In this document: positions 1 through 10,076 of the stretch, piece by piece
Layout: each line of letters opens with the position of its first letter
Numbering within the stretch: position 1 is the stretch's first letter
Source: an uncultured delta proteobacterium
GTDB lineage: Bacteria; Desulfobacterota; Binatia; UBA9968
Direction: 5' to 3'
Length of the DNA: 64,000 nucleotides
Assembly: GCA_963727625.1 (NCBI GenBank)
Contig: CAVSHR010000012.1
Coordinates: 96,001 to 160,000, forward strand
Translations under genes and position numbers: made by a program
The notes under the pieces: model-generated
What the model was told of the DNA's origin: nothing
Seen by the model: the letters and a program-made list of their open reading frames with translations, nothing else
Databases searched by the model: none

Positions 1-382
1 AGTCGTTGTTGTCGGGCTTGTCGAAGTCAATCACTTTCGCCTGCGCGCCTGCGATTGAGCCGTCTTTTCGGCGATACTCCACCGTCACTCCGTCCACGAG
101 CATGCGGTGCACGGCGCGGTTGCGCTCTAACATAGACGGCGCCTCGGTGCGTGTTAGTTTGCGGTAGGCGTCTTCCAGCGCTTCCGCGGGGAGGTCAGGA
201 TTGAGACGCACTAGCGCCTGGCGCAAGCGGCCTTCGAGAAAAACGTCGCGGTAGTTCGGATCGCTGCGCTCAGCGCCAAGCATACCGACCGCCAGGTCTG
301 GGCCGTGCCGTACCGCGTAGCCGAGCGCTTCGAGCCAGGCGAGTGCGGCTTGCTCGACGACGGATTCGGTGAAGTTGCTCAT
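1..382 (-). CDS. hsdR: Type I restriction endonuclease subunit R, 5' part (runs off window start)
   Basis: Hand translation from ATG at 382: [22 protein letters not shown]...[20 protein letters not shown]...[16 protein letters not shown]...[10 protein letters not shown], a typical HsdR N-terminus. It overlaps the upstream stop (ATGA) and lies downstream of hsdM/hsdS. Confidence 0.93.
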   Translation of the reverse strand, partial: MSNFTESVVEQAALAWLEALGYAVRHGPDLAVGMLGAERSDPNYRDVFLEGRLRQALVRLNPDLPAEALEDAYRKLTRTEAPSMLERNRAVHRMLVDGVTVEYRRKDGSIAGAQAKVIDFDKPDNND

Positions 383-1382
383 GCGCCGCGCTCCGTCAGC
401 AGATTGATGATCAGCCGCACCATCAAATCCTTGTTAGCTGGAGCGCTTTCGGCGATGAGCAACGCAAGCGCCGTCAGCGCCGACGGGTTCAATGAATGCG
501 CGATATGCTCTTGCCGCAGGTACAGCATGAACAGAAACGAGCCGATGCGCTTGTTGCCGTCAGAAAACGGATGATCCTTGATGACCAGATAGAGCAAGTT
601 GGCGGCTTTCTCTTCGCACGAACGGTACAGGCCCGCGCCGAACATGGTCTGTTCGATGCTGCCGAGAATACCTTCCAACGCCCCGCCACGCGGGTTTCCA
701 AACAACGGCGTGGCTTCCTGGCGCGCCATCAGTTCGCGCTTGAATTCAGCAATCGCCGCGCTGGCTCGGGTGAAATCCAGCACGCCCGACGACTGGCCGG
801 GCACCCGGCGGCAACCCCAGCCGATCCTCGTCATACTCAAGCAAGCAGCCGCCAGGTGTCGGCGTAGCCAGTGATCAATTCCAGGACTGCGCGGCCGGTG
901 TCATCCACCAGCGCCTGGTTTTGCAGAGTGCGCGCTAGAAGATCAAGCGTCTGCCGCGCTTCCAGCAGGCCGCGCTCAGCTAGGCGGGTTTGGTTGAAGC
1001 TGTAACCCCGGACCAAATGCTCGCGCAATACACGCGTGGCCCATTGGCGGAAGCGTACGCCCCGGCGAGAGTTAACCCTGTATCCGACGGAAATGATCGC
1101 GTCTAAATTGTAGTGTTTGAGGCTGCGCCGCACCTGCCGCTTGCCCTCAGTTTGAACTACTAAGAAATCCTTAGCAGTTGCCGCCTCCTCCAATTCACCG
1201 TCATCAAAGACATTTCTCAGGTGCATGAGCACATTTTCAGGGGTAGTGTCGAACAAGTCCGCCACTTGTCGCTGCGTCAGCCAGACCGTCTCCTGCTCCA
1301 GACGAACGTCTACCCGAACCTGACCGTCTGGCGCTTCATACAGTAAAACTTCGCCGCCAGGTGCTTCGGTCGGAGTGCTCAT
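379..1382 (-). pseudogene. rhuM: RhuM-family/Fic-Doc fusion, split by two single-base frameshifts (or sequence errors)
   Basis: ORF 837-1382 has RhuM motifs (ETVWLTQRQVADLF, HYNLDAIISVGYRVNS, FRQWAT). ORF 379-840 has the Fic/Doc motif HPFSDGNKR. The third frame between them reads LEYDEDRLGLPPGARP and would link the two. Confidence 0.85.
1155..1179. repeat. Intragenic inverted repeat in rhuM
   Basis: AACTACTAAG-aaatc-CTTAGCAGTT, 9 of 10 pairs (the mismatch is G-U on the coding-strand RNA). Encodes TAKDFLVV. Confidence 0.8.
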
Positions 1383-1414
1383 GACAGTAGTCCCAATTTA
1401 TGTTCGGGCCAGAC

Positions 1415-1507
1415 TCCTTCGGTTTGAACCGGTGCAATTTTTGCACTTACTGCCCCCGGATCACAATCGCCATCCTTGAAGGCGTTGCGAATATACTTGG
1501 AAAACAC
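1415..1507 (-). pseudogene. Fragment of a second rhuM allele
   Basis: VFSKYIRNAFKDGDCDPGAVSAKIAPVQTEG aligns without gaps to NVLMHLRNVFDDGELEEAATAKDFLVVQTEG of the adjacent RhuM. Contains the palindrome GTGCAA-ttt-TTGCAC (1432-1446). Confidence 0.75.
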
Positions 1508-1522
1508 CGGCTCTGAGCGTAC

Positions 1523-1714
1523 GTCGGGATTGAGACAGACAAGCGACTGCCGCAAGCGGACTCCGAGTACCACATCGCGATAGTTCAGATCACTCCGCTC
1601 GGCGCCGAGCATACCCGACGCGATGTCGGGGCCGTGCAGCACCGCGGAGCCCAGCGCTTCGAGCCAGGCGAGAGCAGCGTCTTCGACGCCGGATTCTGTG
1701 AAGACTGTTGTCAC
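1523..1714 (-). repeat. Diverged copy of the first ~63 codons of hsdR (matches 194-382)
   Basis: [64 protein letters not shown] versus Hsd[64 protein letters not shown]. The GTG start overlaps the stop of the 1711-2781 gene. Confidence 0.92.
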
Positions 1715-2781
1715 GATGTAGCCTTTTTCAAGCAGCGCTTTGCCCAAATGTCATCCACGCTGTCCTTTGTAAATGCTGTTTTGAATTCATCCAAAGCCTT
1801 TTGCGAATAGCGTTTATATAGTTGGCTGCCTATTTTGAATTCCTTATAGCATTCAGGCTTATTTCGAAGCCCAAGATAATCGACGACCGCAATGGCCTTG
1901 GGAATCGATGTTCCAAACTTATCCGCAAGTTGTTTTGCGCCGAGATTGTAAAAATCGAGTTCGTTGACGCGCTTTGCGGCAACGACAGATGCGCCTGGAG
2001 TTCCTTCAGCGACAAGTTGAATGGGGATACCTTCCTTTTTTGATAGACGAAGCGATAGGGTTGCGCCGGCTCCGTCCGCCGCGATCTCAACCGCTGATGC
2101 GCCTTTAAACGCATCGACCCATGTCTTTCCACCCAGAATATCCTTACTCCTCCGTCTTAAGTCCGCGTCGCTCGGCTGTCCTTTTTCGCCTTGGATCGTC
2201 GAGTCTAGTATTGCAAGCGGGCGCAGTCTTGCTAGGGCCTCAATCTGACGACGCTTCCCTGGACGCAGTAGCTTCTTAATCTCTTCGACCTCCGACTCAA
2301 AAAGCGTCGCCAAACTTGTCGGAGGCGAGGTCGAGACTGGCAGCACGCGGGTTGGCAGGTGGCTAACGAGGTCTTCATTGAAGACCTTCTTCAAAAGATC
2401 ACGAAAAAGTGTGACACCCGATTGTATGTGGACATAGAGTTGGCCTTCCGAGATATCAAGAAGGTGATGTTGCGCTGCGTCCCGCAAGCCGTTGATGGTC
2501 TGCAGGACTAGCGCCTGTTCTTCACTGAGAAACTTGATCCTCCCGTCGCTCAAGGCGCGACGTACGCACGCATCAAATCCGATTGTTTCCTTGGCGCGCT
2601 TCTCGCGTATCCGTCCACCTCGATGTAGCAGCGCTGCCTTAAGTAGCATTTCAAAAGCATGATCGAGCTGGATAAGGGTACTACTGACCCGACCACGGTC
2701 GTTCGGTCGATTGAAGAGTTCGATACTAAGCACCAGCGAATCACATGCCTTCTCCAGCAGGAGCTTCGCTTCGCGCTTCAT
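1711..2781 (-). CDS. DUF3644-like protein with HEPN-type Rx4H motif (putative RNase effector)
   Basis: N-terminus LLEKACDSLVLSIELFNRP...AFEMLLKA resembles DUF3644; contains LRDAAQH (R-x4-H); translationally coupled to hsdS (TAATG). Confidence 0.7.
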   Translation of the reverse strand: MKREAKLLLEKACDSLVLSIELFNRPNDRGRVSSTLIQLDHAFEMLLKAALLHRGGRIREKRAKETIGFDACVRRALSDGRIKFLSEEQALVLQTINGLRDAAQHHLLDISEGQLYVHIQSGVTLFRDLLKKVFNEDLVSHLPTRVLPVSTSPPTSLATLFESEVEEIKKLLRPGKRRQIEALARLRPLAILDSTIQGEKGQPSDADLRRRSKDILGGKTWVDAFKGASAVEIAADGAGATLSLRLSKKEGIPIQLVAEGTPGASVVAAKRVNELDFYNLGAKQLADKFGTSIPKAIAVVDYLGLRNKPECYKEFKIGSQLYKRYSQKALDEFKTAFTKDSVDDIWAKRCLKKATS

Positions 2782-4060
2782 TAGGCAACGCTCTCCACAA
2801 TCCGCTCGGCGGCATTTAAACGCAGCTCGCCAGAGATGAGTTTAGGCAGCAACGCGTCGCGCAGTGCCGCGACGGTGCGGTTTTCTCGAATTTTATTCAG
2901 AATAGAAGTGAATTGCGGATGTACTGCTTCGTTGAAACCGTCCACGATTGCCGCAAGCGGTTTAACGAATTGTGCCGCCTTGATTCCAGCCGCGCTTACA
3001 TTCGGTTGTGCACTTCCTTCAGCCCTCGACACAATCTGATCTAAGATGTCGTCGTTCAGAAGCAAACAAAACACAAACCACGGACGGCTCAATTTTGAAC
3101 GAGGGACAAAGCGAGCGACACGTTGATTAAGGACCGCTCGGAGCCTTCGATTCACAAGCAGGCCAAATTTTGCGACGTTGGCACCAGTCATCGCCATTAG
3201 TAAATCACCATCGGTAAGGTGAAGTCCTGAAATTGTGATGCCAACTCGGCCGGCACGTATTCAACATCATAAACGTCAACCGTGCGATCCTCTTTGATGT
3301 TCTTGATCTTCACGACCGGGAAACCGCAATCAACGAAGTCTTTACTCTTGAAAGCAAACCCGCCTTGAACTTCAGTAACCTCCCCAACTGTCCCGACAGC
3401 CCACCCCTTGGGAATCTCCCCCAGTTCCGAGTCCTCGAAGGCATCCGGGAAAAGGTCGGCGAGGGGTTTGGGGAGGCCGGGGTCGCGGCGTTCGGCTTTA
3501 GCGCGGGTGGGGTCAAAGTCCACGAACCACGATTTGAAGAGCGCCCGCGCCATCGCCTCCAGCGTTTCGTTCATTCGCCGGTTCAGTTCGATTTTGTCGT
3601 CCAGTGTACCGAGTATATGGGCGATGGCGCGTTGTTCCTGCTCCGGGAGCGGTGGCCACCAAATCCCTGCGAGCTGCTCACTGGACACATTGGGAAAGGT
3701 CGAGCCTGTGGCCTGTGCGAGGAGATCGGGGAGGTTGTACTCGATGACTGCTCGAACGAAGGGCTGAAGATCAGGCTTCGTCTTATGTCGGATCGCCGCC
3801 ACTCCGCGCCCGATCGCGTACTCGCGATCGGCCCAGTTCATCCGGCCCGTCGTTGACCCACGAACGCAAAACAGCACGTCGCCTGGGCGCGCTCGCTTAC
3901 GCGCGTCTGTTGTGAACTGCACAGGTGTCGGGTGATGTGGGCCGTACTCTGTTGGCCCATTCAGCAACGGCAGGCCGATGCTCGCCTCGTTACAAGTCTC
4001 TCCGGGCGGAGACTGACCCATCACGATATCGGCGAATGCACTGAGCGAGCTACCCGCCAT
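2781..4060 (-). pseudogene. hsdS: Type I R-M specificity subunit S, frameshifted near 3218-3222
   Basis: TRD1 (IVMGQSP...AIGRGVAAI...GSTF), central conserved region (EQRAIAHILGTLDDKIELNRRMNETLEAMARALFKSWFVDF...SELGEIPKGW), and TRD2 plus C-terminal LRDALLPKLISGELR in the second ORF. Adding one base restores ...DF(x)LTDGDLLMAMTGA. Confidence 0.9.
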
Positions 4061-4124
4061 ACCCAAGCTCCTTCAAGTTTGCGGCGATAGCGGCGTCAAG
4101 CTTCGCTGCTTCTTTCTGCTTCAC
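4050..4124 (-). repeat. hsdM 3'-tail copy 3 (mini-[27 protein letters not shown])
   Basis: Matches the HsdM C-terminus [22 protein letters not shown]. Its GTG overlaps the yhcG stop (GTGA) and its end contains the hsdS ATG. Confidence 0.93.
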
Positions 4125-5245
4125 GACTTCTTCGTCCTTACTCTATGCCTTGGTTTCGCCGACAACTCCGCTTCAATTTCCTCGACAGTCGGCAGGGCCG
4201 ATCGCAGTTCGCTTGGCAGCGCTCGCGTCAGTTCATAGATGGAGATCCCGATGGGCTTGTCGATGCCGGCGAAACTATATTCCGCCAGCAATCTGCCGTG
4301 CTCCTGGCAAAGGATCAGGCCGATGGTGGGCTGATCGTCGGGCCGCTTGAGGCGGTCGTTGACGACGTTGCAGTAGAAGTTGAGCTTGCCGGCGTACTCG
4401 GGTTTGAACTTCCCCTTCTTCAAATCGATGACGACGAAGGCGCGCAGGCGCAGATGATAGAAAAGCAGATCGATGTAGAAATCCTCGTCACCGACATCGA
4501 GCCGGTACTGCCGCCCCACGAAGGCGAACCCCTGGCCGAGCTCAAGCAGGAACGCTTCGAGATGGCGCATCAGCTGGGTCTCGAGCTCGCGCTCGTGGAA
4601 AGGTTCGCTCAAGGTGAGAAAGTCGAAGATGTAGGGATCTTTCAGCGCTTGCTGCGCGAGATCCGACTGCGGCGCGGGAAGAGTGGCCGCAAAATTGGAA
4701 ACCGTCTTGCCGTGCCGGACGTGAGCCTTGGCGCCGATCTGCAAGGCAAGGACGTTGCGGCTCCAACCGTTGGCGAGCGTCTGCTCCATGTACCAGTGGC
4801 GAGTGGAAATATCCTTGATCTTCTCGATCAGCATAACGTGGTGCGCCCAGGGAACTGTCCAGAACAAGCTTTCCCCCAAAAGTGCCACCGGCTGTGGCAC
4901 TTTTGGCGCGGAGCGAATTTGTGCCGCAGCCTGCGGCACAATTGCAGCCGGGGCGCGGTATTCCCGGTAGAAAGAAAGCATCCGTTTGATGTTTCGCTCG
5001 GAAAAGCCTTTAACCTCGGGCAGTTCATTGTGCAGAGCAAGTGCCAGACGGGGAATGACAGCCGCGCCCCAGCCTTCGCGCTGTTGACGACCATCAATGA
5101 TCCTGCCGATATCCCAGTACAGACGAACCAGCTCCGCGTTGACCGACAACACTGCCCGGGTCTGCGCCGCTTGGATGCGGCTCTTCACATCGGCGAGCAA
5201 CGCCGCAAAGTCGGAGCGAACGACGGCGGAGTTCTTACCCGCCAT
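4121..5245 (-). CDS. yhcG: YhcG/DUF1016 family PD-(D/E)XK nuclease-like protein
   Basis: Motifs [72 protein letters not shown]. Confidence 0.92.
   Translation of the reverse strand: MAGKNSAVVRSDFAALLADVKSRIQAAQTRAVLSVNAELVRLYWDIGRIIDGRQQREGWGAAVIPRLALALHNELPEVKGFSERNIKRMLSFYREYRAPAAIVPQAAAQIRSAPKVPQPVALLGESLFWTVPWAHHVMLIEKIKDISTRHWYMEQTLANGWSRNVLALQIGAKAHVRHGKTVSNFAATLPAPQSDLAQQALKDPYIFDFLTLSEPFHERELETQLMRHLEAFLLELGQGFAFVGRQYRLDVGDEDFYIDLLFYHLRLRAFVVIDLKKGKFKPEYAGKLNFYCNVVNDRLKRPDDQPTIGLILCQEHGRLLAEYSFAGIDKPIGISIYELTRALPSELRSALPTVEEIEAELSAKPRHRVRTKKS
4876..4941. repeat. Two tandem intragenic palindromes in yhcG
   Basis: CCAAAAGTGCCAC-cggct-GTGGCACTTTTGG (4876-4906, perfect 13-bp arms) and TTGTGCCGCAG-c-CTGCGGCACAA (4919-4941). 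Centres are 39 bp apart. They encode KVPQPVALL and IVPQAAAQI. Confidence 0.9.
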
Positions 5246-5336
5246 ATCCCAGCTCTTTCAGGTTAGCGGCAATGGCAGCATCGAGTTTCGCGGCTTCTTT
5301 CTGCTGCTCACGCAGCGTCGCGGCGAGGCGCTTCAT
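5235..5336 (-). repeat. hsdM 3'-tail copy 2 (mini-[36 protein letters not shown])
   Basis: 102 bp, 89/102 identical by hand count to hsdM 6223-6324. Differences are mostly synonymous. Its end contains the yhcG ATG. Confidence 0.95.
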
Positions 5337-5365
5337 TTTTTTATTCCAATAGATCGTAGTTGGTT

Positions 5366-5995
5366 TCATTTCTTCTTCGGCCTGTAATCATTGGGATCAA
5401 GGCATTGATCGTAGGTTGCCCTGTCGATCTTGATCCACTCCGTGCCATTGATGCCACGGCGGTTCCCGGCAGTTGGGCTACTGGGAAAAGCGCAAGCTAC
5501 TTTGATCCACCGGGACTGTTCGACGGAAATAGCCCTGACTTCATCCGCCGCCTCCGAGAGATCCTGGTCCTGGCTAAAAACCAGCGCGACATCGTAAAGA
5601 TTCTCACGCGCCAGCCGTACCATATCTAGAGCGATCCTGATGTCGATGCCTTTCTCTTGGCCGACAAGGATTGTCGTGACGCTGCGATCCGGCAGTTGAA
5701 TCGTCTGGTTGCGGTAGCGCAGGGAACGGGAAAACGTATTAATTCCCCTTGTTCCCATGACAGCCAATTTTGCGGACCAAAAATGATTCCAGAAAGGGTT
5801 GTCCGTGGCGTCGGGTATTCCGCTGTAAAAAAACGTCTCTGCCAGGGTCCAGCCGCGAGCGGACGCAATGGATGCGGCTAGATTTTTGGGCTCGTAGTTA
5901 GGATAGGGATAGCCGAAGGCTTTTTTCGCGGCGTAGAAAAGGTTCTGTCCGTCAACGAACGCGTAAGTTCGTTTGACCGTGGGCTCAGGAGGCAT
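5366..5995 (-). CDS. NYN-domain (LabA/DUF88, PIN-like) ribonuclease
   Basis: Acidic motifs [23 protein letters not shown]; RBS GGGGAGG upstream. Confidence 0.9.
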   Translation of the reverse strand: MPPEPTVKRTYAFVDGQNLFYAAKKAFGYPYPNYEPKNLAASIASARGWTLAETFFYSGIPDATDNPFWNHFWSAKLAVMGTRGINTFSRSLRYRNQTIQLPDRSVTTILVGQEKGIDIRIALDMVRLARENLYDVALVFSQDQDLSEAADEVRAISVEQSRWIKVACAFPSSPTAGNRRGINGTEWIKIDRATYDQCLDPNDYRPKKK

Positions 5996-6009
5996 ATTCG
6001 CCTCCCCAG

Positions 6010-6062
6010 AAAAACAAAACCCCGCTGGAGGCCTTGCGGCTGATCCAACGGGGGGAAAATAC
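6010..6062 (-). ncRNA. Candidate structured leader / small RNA upstream of the NYN gene
   Basis: Minus-strand RNA CCCCGUUGGA-uca-GCC-GCAA-GGC-c-UCCAGCGGGG followed by UUUUGUUUUU: a 10-bp stem with a G-U pair, a GNRA tetraloop and a U-tract. Confidence 0.55.
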
Positions 6063-6069
6063 TGAATGT

Positions 6070-6098
6070 AATTTAGCCTGGGAGAGGGGGAGTGTCAA
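6070..6098 (-). promoter_or_regulatory. sigma70-type promoter for the NYN leader and gene
   Basis: TTGACA (6098-6093), 17-bp spacer, TAAATT (6075-6070). Confidence 0.7.
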
Positions 6099-6161
6099 GT
6101 GTGCAAAGGATCGATATCTCCCATCGTGGTCGCTAAAGGCATCGGGCCGATAGCGCATCTC

Positions 6162-6222
6162 CCAGGGGATTTGTCCAACAAGCTTTTGAACAAATCCGCG
6201 CCTTCTGAACTTTGCAGCGCTC

Positions 6223-6233
<11 letters not shown>
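6162..6233 (-). pseudogene. Remnant of a second yhcG-like allele directly after hsdM
   Basis: Starts MASKSAA (intact YhcG starts MAGKNSA), then FVQKLVGQIPW, similar to the DUF1016 VQQxxxQIPW segment. Contains the inverted repeat GGATTTGT...ACAAATCC (6167-6197). Confidence 0.55.
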
Positions 6234-7794
<1,561 letters not shown>

Positions 7795-8291
7795 GTGATT
7801 TACATCGATTTATTTTACTCTAGCGGAAATGCTTCTTTCGCCTCACGTTATGACGAAATTTACGTGAGTTCATAGGCGGACTTTATTGATGTGTTTCCAC
7901 GTTCCCGCAATTTGCGTGTTCCGAGTTGGAGTCGGAACACCGGCAGGGTGGAATTCGCCAATTCCCGGATCGCCGCTCGGAAGATTCTAGTCGAAACGGC
8001 TAAACGTGCCAAGACTTAAACAAGGCGGGAGTGGAAAAGCCGTGGGCGTGCTCGTGGGGGATGACGTACGTGGGCGGGGATGGATTGTTTTCGTTTAATC
8101 CATTTAAGTTGATTATTGAGGTTTGTAAAATATTGTGACGGATCGCAATGCTTTTTCCCCTATGAATGTCGGCCAAAAGCTAGTCACTATAATCTGCAAA
8201 CATCAATAATCGCTACGCTCCGTCCAAATCGTCTAAATCGGATAGGCAACGGAGAATGGAGAAAGGATGGAGGGGAACCCAGCCAGGCCTT

Positions 8292-10010
8292 CTAGTCGAT
8301 CGAGTCCATCGAGCGCTGCCGACTGAATCTACGCGAGATTACCGACAGCAGCGTCAATACGGCGATGAACACAACTGAGACCACGCCGAGCTCGCCCAGG
8401 CTCCCTTCTTGCCACAGCTGCCAAATGAAGATTGAAAAAATGATGCTCTTCGGGGTCCAGAGAATCGCCGCCATGGACATCACTTTGACCGAAAGGATCA
8501 AGACGTAAAGCCCGCCGCCGATGAGCGAGGGAAGCATGAGCGGCACAAGGATTTTGAAAAACTTCGACCCAAATCCGGCGCCGGAAACCTCCGCCGCCTC
8601 TTCGAGCTCCTTGTGCACTTGAAGCAGACCGGCGTGGGTGAAGCGCGTGCCGTAGGGCAGGTAGCGAACCACATAGGCCACAAACAAAATCCAAATCGTC
8701 CCGTAAATTGGATTGGGAAAACTGAGAAACAAGATCATGACCGCGACTCCCATGACGATCGATGGCATCGCGTAGGGAAGAAACGCCACGGTATCGAGAA
8801 CTTTGTGGCCGCGCGGGCGTTGTCGGATCACGATCCAGGAGATGGCCAGGGAGACCAGCATCACCACCACCGCCGTTCCGAGCGCCAGCAGGACCGTGTT
8901 CTGCGTCATCGGCCACAGATCGGTGCGGTCAAACGCCGTGCGGTAGTTTTCCAGGCTAAGCTTCGGTAATAGCTTCAGCGCCGGCGGACGATAAAAGCTC
9001 AAAAATGACGCCCATAAGAGAATCACGAACGGCAGCAGCACCGCGGTGATAAAATAGAAGAGAATGAAGCCAATCCCCGCGAGCCTCCATTTGCCGAGAT
9101 CGATCAGCCGCGGGCGAAACCCCTTGCCGGTGATGGTCGTATATCGCTCCGCGCGCGAGATATTTTTTTGATAGAGGAAAAGTCCTATCAAGGTAAACAA
9201 GACCAGGGCCATGCTATACGCAAATCCTAATCCATAGTCCGGCGGAAAATGTTCGCGCACCGCCAAATAAATGTTGGTGCTGAACACGATAAGACCGCTC
9301 GGCAGACCCATGAGCGCCGGGACCTCAAAGGCTTCCAAACCGCGAACAAATTGCAGGATCGCTACACCCGAGAGCGCCGGCACCATCAACCGCAGGGTCA
9401 CGGACCTCACCGTTTTGAATTGGCTTGCGCCGGCGGCGAGTGAGGCTTCCTCCAGGGACGGGTCCATGCGTCGCAGCACCCCGCCGAGTAGGAGAAAGGT
9501 AAGCGGCGCCATGCTGATCCCTTCGACCCAGGCCATTGAATAAATGTTGTAAGGATTGAACAGCGGCCCGCTCGCGCCGAGGTTCATCGCCAGGCTATTC
9601 AGGAGCCCGATGCGCGGACTGAGAAGCAAGATCCAGGCGATCCCCTTGAGCACGCTCGGCATGATCAAGGGAATCAGCATCAAGCTATAGGCGGTATTGC
9701 GCAGCGGAACATTGGTTCGCTCAACCAGAAATGCGATGGTGCCGCCGAAGACCGAGGCGACGAACATGGAACCTAAGGCAAAGGCGAAGCTATTCCAGAG
9801 CATGCCATAGGTGCGCGGATCGCCGTAGGCCCGGCTGAAGTTGTCCAGGGTCAGGCCCGACAACCCGAAGCCGATATCGCCGATGGAAATGGTGCGAAAA
9901 CTATTGAGCAGGAGAAGGAGCAGCGGAACCAGAATTAGCACCGCCAGCGGCGCCAATAACGCCCACAGGAACCAACGGGAGTCGGAAAAATGCCACGTCG
10001 CGGCCTTCAT
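8292..10010 (-). CDS. ABC transporter permease (FbpB/ThiP-like, two BPD_transp_1 domains)
   Basis: Many TM segments and two EAA motifs (LEEASLAAGAS, LEEAAEVSGAG). Start codon uncertain (10010 or 10034). Confidence 0.9.
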   Translation of the reverse strand: MKAATWHFSDSRWFLWALLAPLAVLILVPLLLLLLNSFRTISIGDIGFGLSGLTLDNFSRAYGDPRTYGMLWNSFAFALGSMFVASVFGGTIAFLVERTNVPLRNTAYSLMLIPLIMPSVLKGIAWILLLSPRIGLLNSLAMNLGASGPLFNPYNIYSMAWVEGISMAPLTFLLLGGVLRRMDPSLEEASLAAGASQFKTVRSVTLRLMVPALSGVAILQFVRGLEAFEVPALMGLPSGLIVFSTNIYLAVREHFPPDYGLGFAYSMALVLFTLIGLFLYQKNISRAERYTTITGKGFRPRLIDLGKWRLAGIGFILFYFITAVLLPFVILLWASFLSFYRPPALKLLPKLSLENYRTAFDRTDLWPMTQNTVLLALGTAVVVMLVSLAISWIVIRQRPRGHKVLDTVAFLPYAMPSIVMGVAVMILFLSFPNPIYGTIWILFVAYVVRYLPYGTRFTHAGLLQVHKELEEAAEVSGAGFGSKFFKILVPLMLPSLIGGGLYVLILSVKVMSMAAILWTPKSIIFSIFIWQLWQEGSLGELGVVSVVFIAVLTLLSVISRRFSRQRSMDSID

Positions 10011-10039
10011 GAATGTACCGATGAATGATTGCAAGCGGT

Positions 10040-10066
10040 GCGGGAGGCCGCATACGGGCCTCCCGC
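10040..10066. promoter_or_regulatory. Intercistronic stem-loop between the SBP and permease genes
   Basis: GCGGGAGGCC-7nt-GGCCTCCCGC with no U-tract, at the usual position for an mRNA-stabilising or attenuating hairpin. Confidence 0.6.
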
Positions 10067-10076
10067 CATGAGCTCG

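Noticed and set aside
1379-1747. 122-aa ORF as a genuine novel protein
   Set aside because: It is a chimera of a decayed hsdR 5' copy and a rhuM fragment. At most it is a translational bridge, reported above.
3200-3235. Programmed frameshift or phase-variable tract in hsdS
   Set aside because: No slippery heptamer, homopolymer or tandem repeat at the break, and no invertase or inverted hsdS copies in the window.
7995-8012. TGGCAC upstream of hsdM as a sigma54 promoter
   Set aside because: The -12 TTGC element is absent at the required spacing.
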